DNA of 47,485 nucleotides. Origin: a virus (Duplodnaviria; Caudoviricetes). The stretch covers positions 1 through 47,485 of IMG/VR virus record IMGVR_UViG_3300030329_003021; one strand, given 5' to 3'. Positions 1-7,225 of the stretch are shown piece after piece. The position numbers and the translations under genes were made by a program. A model generated the notes under the pieces. It was not told the DNA's origin. It was given only the letters and a program-made list of their open reading frames with translations, and ran no database searches. Each line of letters starts with the position of its first letter. The first letter of the stretch is position 1.

Positions 1-134
1 TTGGGATAAGCACGTTTACTATCTCCTTTAGCAGACTTACGTCCACAGGCTTGGTATTTACCTTTCTTTTTAGGAGCGCCTATATCAACCCAATCCCCTT
101 TTTTCCCTTTACCAAACCATTCCTTTAAAGACAT
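1..134 (-). CDS. Small basic phage protein, truncated at window start
   Basis: Manual translation from ATG 134: MSLKEWFGKGKKGDWVDIGAPKKKGKYQACGRK...; start overlaps the upstream stop; open to position 1. Confidence 0.7.
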   Translation of the reverse strand, partial: MSLKEWFGKGKKGDWVDIGAPKKKGKYQACGRKSAKGDSKRAYP

Positions 135-310
135 TATGCGTAGCCCCCTCCTCTTTTTTTATACTCACGAACTAAATGTGCGTTTGCGTATGCGGAAGGA
201 TAAACCTTAAACTTACGCTTTGTTTCTGCTTTTACACGAGCATATAAAGCTTTGTTAGTGGGCGTGGGGCTTGACTTCTTTTTGGTTGTTTTTTTCTTTT
301 TAACAGCCAT
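134..310 (-). CDS. Small basic phage protein, 58 aa (not in ORF track)
   Basis: MAVKKKKTTKKKSSPTPTNKALYARVKAETKRKFKVYPSAYANAHLVREYKKRGGGYA; TAATG stop/start overlap at both ends. Confidence 0.8.
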   Translation of the reverse strand: MAVKKKKTTKKKSSPTPTNKALYARVKAETKRKFKVYPSAYANAHLVREYKKRGGGYA

Positions 311-735
311 TACACCATCCTACCTTTTGTCTTACCTTTTTTAGCAATACCATCAGCTCTGGTTACTTTTGTACCACCACTAACGCCGCCTTTTGTACCA
401 CCTTTGGTTTCTTTAAGGCCCCCTGCTTTATAACCCTTTGCCATCATGCCGCCACCTGCCATTTTGACAGAACCACCTTTAGCCATTTTAACAGAACCAC
501 CTTTTGCTTTCATTACTGCGCCGCCTTTAGCCATCTTGACAGAACCACCTTTAGCCATTACTGCTCCGCCTTTAGCCATTCCTTTAGCCATCATGCCACC
601 ACCACGCATCTTAACGGGACCACCTTTTGCTTTCATTGTTTTTTCTCCTCTAAGCATTGCAAAATCTTGTCCGGTTATTTCACCGTCTTTATTAACATCT
701 AGTTTTTTTCTATTTCCTGTTAACTGTTTCTTCAT
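310..735 (-). CDS. K/G/M-rich repeat protein with EF-hand-like loop, probable virion protein
   Basis: GGAGG 6 nt before ATG 735; about ten MAKGG/MKAKGG units; DVNKDGEITGQDF loop. Confidence 0.75.
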   Translation of the reverse strand: MKKQLTGNRKKLDVNKDGEITGQDFAMLRGEKTMKAKGGPVKMRGGGMMAKGMAKGGAVMAKGGSVKMAKGGAVMKAKGGSVKMAKGGSVKMAGGGMMAKGYKAGGLKETKGGTKGGVSGGTKVTRADGIAKKGKTKGRMV

Positions 736-1405
736 CACCATCCTCCGCATATAAATTATCAAACGTTACTGTTGGATCCATATATGAATCATCTTGTTCT
801 GCACAATGTGTGTGTTGGCTAGGCCTAAAATCAGGTGCTCCTTCGCCAGTAACCCATAATGCAGGGCTTGTAACTCTCACTCTATTATTAGGAAGAGCTA
901 CCATATTACCTTTCCATTGTCCGTCTGTTAGCACCATAACATGACTCTGCTTATGTTGGGCTGGACAGTCTGCGATTTCGCTTTCGGTGTAGTCCACAGT
1001 GAAGAGATATCTCGCTGTGTGAAACTCTCCTGCGATTTTTGCAAGCCACGGGCTTGGTTTACATCTGTCAAACGATATGATTGAGTGGTAGTGCGATGGA
1101 CAGTCCCACGGTTGTGCAAGGTGTGTCTCCATTCTAGGTGGCATTTCGTCATCAATTGGGATGTCTCCACAAAGTGCTGTGAGCGGCATCCTTGCCCACA
1201 TTGCCCCACCATGTGGGTTACTCTCGCCTTCTTCCTCTTCACATCCTGTAAATATGATTTGGAAGCTGAGACATCGGTCTGGCATCGTTGTAACAGCCAC
1301 CGCCAATCCGTGTATAAACTCCCCGTGATATTTTTGATGTCCATGTGTAAACTCTTTCCTAATCCAAACCTTTGTATATGGAATGTTACTAATTAAATAC
1401 GCCAC
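710..1405 (-). CDS. Hypothetical phage protein, 231 aa
   Basis: AAAGGAGGT RBS before GTG; W/H/C-rich globular composition; lies in the late operon. Confidence 0.8.
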   Translation of the reverse strand: MAYLISNIPYTKVWIRKEFTHGHQKYHGEFIHGLAVAVTTMPDRCLSFQIIFTGCEEEEGESNPHGGAMWARMPLTALCGDIPIDDEMPPRMETHLAQPWDCPSHYHSIISFDRCKPSPWLAKIAGEFHTARYLFTVDYTESEIADCPAQHKQSHVMVLTDGQWKGNMVALPNNRVRVTSPALWVTGEGAPDFRPSQHTHCAEQDDSYMDPTVTFDNLYAEDGDEETVNRK

Positions 1406-1421
1406 CCTACACCTCCTTTGT

Positions 1422-1880
1422 TTAAATCATACGTCCTTTAGTTTTACCTTTTCTAGCTATACCATCACCTCTAAATTTTCTGGTTGTTTTTTTCTTAGCC
1501 TTTACTGACCCTCCGGCTTTCATGCCTTTTTTCTTCTTATCCATTGTGGTGGTTTTACCAATTTTCGGTGAAAATCTTGTGTCAATTCCAAACCTATTAG
1601 CATCTATTGTTGTAAAACCTGCATCTTCTGGGACTTTGGGATCTCTTATTTTTACGTAATCATCTCCCTGTACTTGGCCTTCTGGCCCTTTTTTCATTTT
1701 AAATCCCTTTATGCTTTCACCATAAGGTGAATAAGACTCTTCTGCTCTTCCATAAGCTGTGGTAACACGACTATCGCCCTTACCTTCTAACTGTTCCTGA
1801 AGTTTTCTTATCTTTCTTCTTATATTACGAGTATCTCTTTTGCCAGATTGTGTTCCTGTTTTACCTTTTGTTTGTGCCAT
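1422..1880 (-). CDS. Basic protein sharing its C-terminal tail with the 310-735 protein
   Basis: Ends MKAGGSVK...GDGIARKGKTKGRMI. Confidence 0.75.
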   Translation of the reverse strand: MAQTKGKTGTQSGKRDTRNIRRKIRKLQEQLEGKGDSRVTTAYGRAEESYSPYGESIKGFKMKKGPEGQVQGDDYVKIRDPKVPEDAGFTTIDANRFGIDTRFSPKIGKTTTMDKKKKGMKAGGSVKAKKKTTRKFRGDGIARKGKTKGRMI

Positions 1881-1881
1881 T

Positions 1882-2157
1882 TTACTTTCCCCAAAATATT
1901 TGTTGAATCATGATAATAAAAGCAGTTACAGCACTACCTGCACCTGCCGCCCACATCAATGTTTTCCAACCACCTTTAGCCTCTGATAACACTTTATGTA
2001 TCTCAGATATAGATTTTTTTATTTCTTCTATATCTTTTTTCATTTCATCCATGTCCTCTTGCATATGTTTTATCTCATTGCCTTGAACGGCAACTTCACT
2101 TTCAATTTTAGGAGAACGAGAATTTTTACGTTTAGCGGATGTTTTTAACACTTCCAC
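1882..2157 (-). CDS. Coiled-coil protein with C-terminal transmembrane helix (possible holin or lysis accessory)
   Basis: Heptad stretch followed by hydrophobic LMWAAGAGSAVTAFIIMIQQIFW. Confidence 0.6.
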   Translation of the reverse strand: MEVLKTSAKRKNSRSPKIESEVAVQGNEIKHMQEDMDEMKKDIEEIKKSISEIHKVLSEAKGGWKTLMWAAGAGSAVTAFIIMIQQIFWGK

Positions 2158-2447
2158 CTCCTTCTAGCTTGTCGTAAACGACTATTTGGGTTTTTAGCTG
2201 CTTTAGGAAATTGTTTCATTTGTCCAGCAGAACGAGCACAAAATGACTTGCGTCTTTTTGCATCTTTAGAACCTTTTTTAACTTTACCTGTAACAGCAGT
2301 TTTTAATTTAGAACCGGGATTAGCTCTGCGGTATGCAGCTACACCTTTTTTAGTCATGCCTGCACCCTGCTTAGTCGGGCGAAAATTACCCGACTTAACA
2401 GAAGTTTTTATGCCCATACCCTTAGATTTAGGTTTTTTAACGGCCAC
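2145..2447 (-). CDS. Small highly basic phage protein
   Basis: RRKSFCARS...NSRLRQARRRWKC motif, recalled from aquatic podophage late regions. Confidence 0.75.
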   Translation of the reverse strand: MAVKKPKSKGMGIKTSVKSGNFRPTKQGAGMTKKGVAAYRRANPGSKLKTAVTGKVKKGSKDAKRRKSFCARSAGQMKQFPKAAKNPNSRLRQARRRWKC

Positions 2448-2450
2448 GGT

Positions 2451-2783
2451 TTAGACCTCGCCGCCACCTACATAAAATACAGTAACGCTGGTGATGTCCG
2501 CAGTATTGCCATTAGTCATATAAATACCCTTATCAAACAATATACCATTGTCAGGAATAAATACATCTTCAGTACCAATAGCACTTGAGGTAGTTAACGT
2601 CAATCTATTAGTCGCTGATGCAGTTACATCAGTCCCATCAGTTGACATGTCCAAAAAAGATAAAGTAATTCCAGCACTTAATCCTCCGTGAACATACTGT
2701 ACACCTTGCAAGCGTGACCTACCGTTAATTTTATGCCCTGAGTCTTTAGTTGTAAAAGCTTTTACATCAGATGAGAAACTCAT
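2451..2783 (-). CDS. Putative virion structural protein
   Basis: Beta-rich, T/S/G-rich; downstream of capsid; GAGGTG RBS. Confidence 0.65.
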   Translation of the reverse strand: MSFSSDVKAFTTKDSGHKINGRSRLQGVQYVHGGLSAGITLSFLDMSTDGTDVTASATNRLTLTTSSAIGTEDVFIPDNGILFDKGIYMTNGNTADITSVTVFYVGGGEV

Positions 2784-2792
2784 AATTCACCT

Positions 2793-3254
2793 CTAAATAC
2801 TAAGATTAATATTTTGTAAATATTTAACAGTTACGTCACCAATTCCCTTTGTAGTAGCTGTTGCGGAAGCTGGAGCATAAGTTGCAAAAATTTCTAAATC
2901 TGCTGTACCAATATTAATAGAAGCTGTTCCCATAGCTGAAGAAGTTGTAACCCCAACTGCTTTAACGCTTGTTGAATCTAGTAAGGTAGCATCTCCTGTT
3001 GAAAAACCAACAGATAAAGTAGCTGCAGCAGAAGAATCACTTGCTTGAACTACATTTAAAACAACCTCAGTAATTTTTGAATTAGCTGGAACAACTCCCA
3101 CAGATGTGGTGGCAGAAACTCCTGCAATATCTACAACGGAAGATTGAGCCATTAAAACAAAACCTGTGTTAGCCACGTTTGTTCCAACACCTGAACCTGT
3201 TGTATCTCTAATAGTGCCCGCTTTTATAGGGCCAGAAAAGGTAGTAGTACCCAT
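2793..3254 (-). CDS. Putative capsid decoration/structural protein
   Basis: MGTTTFSGPIKAG N-terminus, A/S/T/V-rich, first gene after capsid; AAGGAGAT RBS. Confidence 0.7.
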   Translation of the reverse strand: MGTTTFSGPIKAGTIRDTTGSGVGTNVANTGFVLMAQSSVVDIAGVSATTSVGVVPANSKITEVVLNVVQASDSSAAATLSVGFSTGDATLLDSTSVKAVGVTTSSAMGTASINIGTADLEIFATYAPASATATTKGIGDVTVKYLQNINLSI

Positions 3255-3269
3255 TTAAATCTCCTTTGT

Positions 3270-3337
3270 GTATTAGCACATAGTTTACGCTTTCTCTAAT
3301 ACGTCTGCTAGGTCAGTAAGCGTAAAAATCACCCTAG
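3270..3337 (-). ncRNA. Candidate kissing-loop structured leader element
   Basis: Three interleaved complementary pairs: 3270-76/3296-3302, 3308-12/3333-37, 3284-92/3318-26. Confidence 0.5.
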
Positions 3338-3369
3338 AAAAATAAAGGGGGGGCTATAAGCCCCCTCTC
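3338..3369 (-). terminator. Intrinsic terminator after major capsid gene
   Basis: Minus strand GAGAGGGGGC-TTATA-GCCCCCCCT followed by TTATTTTT. Confidence 0.75.
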
Positions 3370-3370
3370 A

Positions 3371-4288
3371 TTATGAAGCTCCGGGAGACCCGAAAATTCC
3401 TAAAGGATCAGAAACGCCAAATGAATAACGCTCACGAGCCTTGTATCTAACATTACCTGTGTCAAAATCACCGTCCATTGATGTTGCCATCGGTGTACGG
3501 ACAAAATGCTTAAGACCATTAGGTACGTCAGTTGTTAAGAACCAAGCGTTTGTATCTGTTAGATAATGATTAACACTATAGCCCTCTGGAATAGTTCCAT
3601 TGGTGTTAATAGCATTAATATCATTATCCGCCGTTCCAGTTCTCTTCTCAGATTCAAGGATACGAGTAGCCACAAACATTAACGCTGGCGGGATAATTAA
3701 CTTACGTGGTTTAGATGCAATTAACAAACCTCGCTCGTCTGTCCAAGCTGCAATCTGAATTGTTGCATCTTCAAGAGATGTTTCATTCAAATCAGCACCT
3801 GTTGTAGGACGATTGCTGTTTGTTCCTCCGCCTACTAGTGGGTGATCTGTAGCAAAAAGTACTTTGCCATCACCGTAAGTAGGATTGCCTGTTCCAGTAA
3901 ATCCTTTGTTAAGAACAGTAGCTGCCTTAACTTGCTTTGTATACGCCATCGCACGGGCTAAAGCTTTTGTGTAACGAGCGCCAAGACTATCATAAAGATT
4001 ATCTTCAGATGCCTCTTCTGTTATCGCAAAACCCATAGCCACAGTTTCATGTGTATAACGAGCTGTGAAAGCTTCTTGTGCGTTATCGTACTCTATAGCA
4101 GCACCCTCAGTTTTTACTGGGGCTGCGCCAAAACCAGATAACTTTGTTTCTTCTTCAAAAGAACGCTCAGAAGTTTCAGACTCATAAACCTCCTTGTGCT
4201 CTTCACCATATTTAGCATACTCCAACCCAAACAAAGCATTTAAGCCGGGAAGGAGTTCTTTTAGTAGTTGTGCTCTTGAAATAGCCAT
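3371..4288 (-). CDS. Major capsid protein (HK97 fold)
   Basis: MAISRAQLLKELLPGLNALFG...PRKLIIPP...YLTDTNAWF...KARERYSFG pattern; position after scaffold; strong RBS; terminator follows. Confidence 0.92.
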   Translation of the reverse strand: MAISRAQLLKELLPGLNALFGLEYAKYGEEHKEVYESETSERSFEEETKLSGFGAAPVKTEGAAIEYDNAQEAFTARYTHETVAMGFAITEEASEDNLYDSLGARYTKALARAMAYTKQVKAATVLNKGFTGTGNPTYGDGKVLFATDHPLVGGGTNSNRPTTGADLNETSLEDATIQIAAWTDERGLLIASKPRKLIIPPALMFVATRILESEKRTGTADNDINAINTNGTIPEGYSVNHYLTDTNAWFLTTDVPNGLKHFVRTPMATSMDGDFDTGNVRYKARERYSFGVSDPLGIFGSPGAS

Positions 4289-4300
4289 TTAAAAATCTCC

Positions 4301-4963
4301 TTATACGCCTAATGAGTTGTCATACGCATGTACGCCAACATTAAATTTAACAATAAACTCAGGGAAGTCATCATTCTCGGTGCCAGCAACAACATCAACA
4401 ACCCTCATAGCAAGAGTTTCAGTTGCTGCTAAAGTACCACCGTTAGAATCAATTTTAAGACTTACGCCTGAATTGCCCGTTGTTGTGCTACCTGATGTAC
4501 TAAAATCTAAAGAACAGTTTTTACCAACTGCACCAGCAAAACCAGACCCGTCTGTGCCGCTGTTGAATGTTCCCAACGCAGCGTTAGCTTGAATCTTGTA
4601 TAACTGTCTTGGGTCATCATTAACCATTATTTTGATTTCTGTGAACCCAGCAGTTGTAGCATTAGCTGGAAGAAACTGTCTAAACTGCTGAACGCCATTA
4701 TCATCAATGTATCTAGCACCAACCAAAACTCCTACAATACCGGGTGTACCGTTAGCAGATGTAGCTGCTAATTCATTAGCATCAGGTGTGGAAGATACAG
4801 CAGATGGTAGACCAGCAGAACTTAACACAACCAGATCACCATTAAAAATTGCAGCGGAGTTATTAGCTTTTACATGATACTGTCTAATAGATCCGCCATT
4901 GTAAGGCTGACCACCAATCAAATTAGTAGGTCTTAGCCCAAAAGGGGAAGCAGTAGCTGCCAT
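4301..4963 (-). CDS. Putative capsid cement/decoration protein
   Basis: PFGLRP...IFNGDLV...GVLVG...VNDDP motifs; directly upstream of capsid. Confidence 0.7.
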   Translation of the reverse strand: MAATASPFGLRPTNLIGGQPYNGGSIRQYHVKANNSAAIFNGDLVVLSSAGLPSAVSSTPDANELAATSANGTPGIVGVLVGARYIDDNGVQQFRQFLPANATTAGFTEIKIMVNDDPRQLYKIQANAALGTFNSGTDGSGFAGAVGKNCSLDFSTSGSTTTGNSGVSLKIDSNGGTLAATETLAMRVVDVVAGTENDDFPEFIVKFNVGVHAYDNSLGV

Positions 4964-4983
4964 TTTATTAATCTCCTAAAAAA

Positions 4984-5433
4984 TTATTTACCTTTCCCAA
5001 AAGACACCGTTGACTTATGTTCTTTAAATAATGGTGCTCTTGAGTCACTTTGATTCATTAAATTATTATCTACAGACTGTTGTTGACTATTAGCCTTGTT
5101 CAAATAATAATCATTACGTTGTTCAATAAGTTCACTAGGAATTTTACAAAGCAAAAGCCCGCCTATTTCTATACAACCGGGGTATTTAGAATTAGAATCA
5201 GCCACTATTTGCATATGAGGTTGCTCACTTGCTTTAACAGGTTCATAACCTTCCCTAAGAGCCATAGACATATTTCTAGGATCAGGGTCATTTAAAGTCG
5301 CTGTTCTTTTCCAATGGTAGTTATATCCGGGTAACGGAACAACATCCGGTAACGTAGATGGGGGTGCCCAAGCTTTGGGACGTTCCTGTCTTGATCGTTT
5401 ACTCAACTCACGAGCTAATTTGTTTTCAGGCAT
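4984..5433 (-). CDS. Head-module hypothetical protein
   Basis: WAPPSTLP, REGYEPV and GGLLLCKIP motifs; between scaffold and capsid. Confidence 0.75.
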   Translation of the reverse strand: MPENKLARELSKRSRQERPKAWAPPSTLPDVVPLPGYNYHWKRTATLNDPDPRNMSMALREGYEPVKASEQPHMQIVADSNSKYPGCIEIGGLLLCKIPSELIEQRNDYYLNKANSQQQSVDNNLMNQSDSRAPLFKEHKSTVSFGKGK

Positions 5434-6400
5434 TTTTATTCTCCAATCTAATCATTTCTTTAGCATACTGCTCTGGTGTCAATCCCAACTTCTTCGCTAA
5501 ATTAACTTGCGAAGTGCTTAGTCGTATTTTTTTTGAAGAAGTCGTTCGTGTAACCGGAGCAACAACTGTAGAAGGCTTAGTGGTTTTTTCTTCTTTTTCT
5601 AAACCATCTTTAGTATCAAAATACTCTGGAAACCTTTTTCTCATGGTTTCGTTAATTCGTGTGTAATACTCATCCGTGGTGGCGTAGGTAGAACCGTGTT
5701 GCTTTACCAACTTTTCATGTAATCCTAACGCTAGGCTGGTCATTTCTTCGTCTTGCCCAAACCATGTGTTATCATTCTGCCATTTTATAGCCTTTGCGTC
5801 AGGCGGTAAAGCAGTCGGATTAGCTTTTAATTCTTGTTGTACACTATTTTCTTTATTTTGTAAAGGGGTTATATAACTATTAGCTTTCTCTTTTTTAATA
5901 GTTGCTTCACTTAACATCTGTTGAGCTTCTACAATCTTCTCAGGGTCGCCATCATCATAAGCAGTTTTGTAGGCTTTTTTAGCGGCATCAATCTCAAGAT
6001 CAGCATTACTTAATAAAGCTTTTTTATAAACTTCCTGATCGGCACCATAACGCTCTTTAAGTTTTTTATTCTCTTCTATTAGCTTTTGAGTAGTTCTTAT
6101 AGCCTCTTCATTTTCCCTTTGCACCCGCTCTTTTTCACGTCTTTCATCATGCCAAACTTTTTTGAGTTGGTATATTTTATCTTTTACTTCGGCATCATAA
6201 TCCGTTAATTCATCAGACTCTAAACGGTTCACCAACTCTTTAGGAAGATTCTTTCTGTTTTGATCTTCAACAGGTGTATCATCAGAAACTTCTATTTCAA
6301 GTTTATCTGACGCTTCTTCTGTTTCTGGTTCTAAAACCTTTTCTTCCACTTTTGGTGCTTTTACCTCTTCTTCTTTTACTAATTCTTGTTCTTCAGCCAT
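5426..6400 (-). CDS. Probable capsid scaffolding protein
   Basis: Acidic N-terminus, long coiled coil, C-terminal AKKLGLTPEQYAK; between portal and capsid. Confidence 0.75.
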   Translation of the reverse strand: MAEEQELVKEEEVKAPKVEEKVLEPETEEASDKLEIEVSDDTPVEDQNRKNLPKELVNRLESDELTDYDAEVKDKIYQLKKVWHDERREKERVQRENEEAIRTTQKLIEENKKLKERYGADQEVYKKALLSNADLEIDAAKKAYKTAYDDGDPEKIVEAQQMLSEATIKKEKANSYITPLQNKENSVQQELKANPTALPPDAKAIKWQNDNTWFGQDEEMTSLALGLHEKLVKQHGSTYATTDEYYTRINETMRKRFPEYFDTKDGLEKEEKTTKPSTVVAPVTRTTSSKKIRLSTSQVNLAKKLGLTPEQYAKEMIRLENKNA

Positions 6401-6409
6401 TTTTATCTC

Positions 6410-6898
6410 CTATGCTCGTGAAATTCCTCGTGGATCCTGCACTACAGCTTCCACACTGTCATCATTTATTAACCTAAATTCCTTACCAAATATTTTTAAT
6501 CTGGTGCCAGAGTTAGGTCTTGCTAATATAAAGTCTCCCTTTTTACACCAAGGGCCACTAGGAAACCTAACTTTATCTTTATAACAATCAGGTCCAAGCG
6601 CTAATACAAAAAACACAGTAGATAAAACTTCCTCAAAATGTTTTGTAGTATCTGCTTTAATCAACCCACTTTCATACTTATCCTCTACATTAGGAATTGC
6701 ACATAAAATGTGATATCCCGAAGGTTGTGGTAGCTGTCCAGCTTTTTCCTTAGATTCTTTCGGTTTTTCCAAATTAGGAGGTACCTGTTCAGCTTTCTTC
6801 TTAAGGTTTTTTGGTTTTTCTAAATCAGGAAACAGCTCTAATTGCTCAGTAGGCATGTTAATCGTCATCTTCGTAATCTTCCTCCGTCTGTCGTTCAA
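6410..6898 (-). CDS. groES: GroES/Cpn10-like co-chaperonin (start uncertain, possibly 6856)
   Basis: PSGYHIL...SGLI...VLALGPD...KKGDFIL...GTRLKIFGKEFRLINDDSVEAVV matches the Cpn10 pattern. Confidence 0.8.
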   Translation of the reverse strand: MNDRRRKITKMTINMPTEQLELFPDLEKPKNLKKKAEQVPPNLEKPKESKEKAGQLPQPSGYHILCAIPNVEDKYESGLIKADTTKHFEEVLSTVFFVLALGPDCYKDKVRFPSGPWCKKGDFILARPNSGTRLKIFGKEFRLINDDSVEAVVQDPRGISRA

Positions 6899-7055
6899 GG
6901 TCTTCTATAAAAATTTTTGCAGTGTAAAGACCTTTTATTACACCACAAAACTTCTGGTACTCGTCATAATTTTTAGCAGAGCCGTTTGCTAAATCATCAG
7001 TTATATTAACAACCTGCTCATCAATTTTATTTCTTAACACTTCAAAAACCGTCAT
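6858..7055 (-). CDS. Small helical hypothetical protein, 65 aa
   Basis: GGAGG RBS; LANGSAKNYDEYQKFCGVIKGL. Confidence 0.75.
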   Translation of the reverse strand: MTVFEVLRNKIDEQVVNITDDLANGSAKNYDEYQKFCGVIKGLYTAKIFIEDLERQTEEDYEDDD

Positions 7056-7225
7056 TGAGTTAAACCTCCATCATCTTCTTCTTTTTCTTTCGGGTAATAA
7101 ACCTCTACATAAGACTCGCAGGTTGGACACGATAAATTAGAAACCACAGAAAACTCCTCGTTCTCATCTCCTATATCATGATCTCCACCCCAAATCAACA
7201 TAGTTCCACAGTGCCAACAGTTCAT
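7052..7225 (-). CDS. Small zinc-ribbon protein, 57 aa (not in ORF track)
   Basis: MNCWHCGTMLIWGGDHD...NLSCPTCESYVEVYYP; two CxxC; overlaps both neighbours at stop/start. Confidence 0.8.
   Translation of the reverse strand: MNCWHCGTMLIWGGDHDIGDENEEFSVVSNLSCPTCESYVEVYYPKEKEEDDGGLTQ

Noticed and set aside
446-754. Plus-strand Pro-rich repeat ORF and other antisense ORFs such as 41426-42034 and 43511-44266
   Set aside because: They are shadow frames of real genes on the opposite strand.
3270-3337. Hammerhead ribozyme (CTGA and GAAA present on the minus strand)
   Set aside because: The CUGANGA core and three-stem junction are not satisfied.
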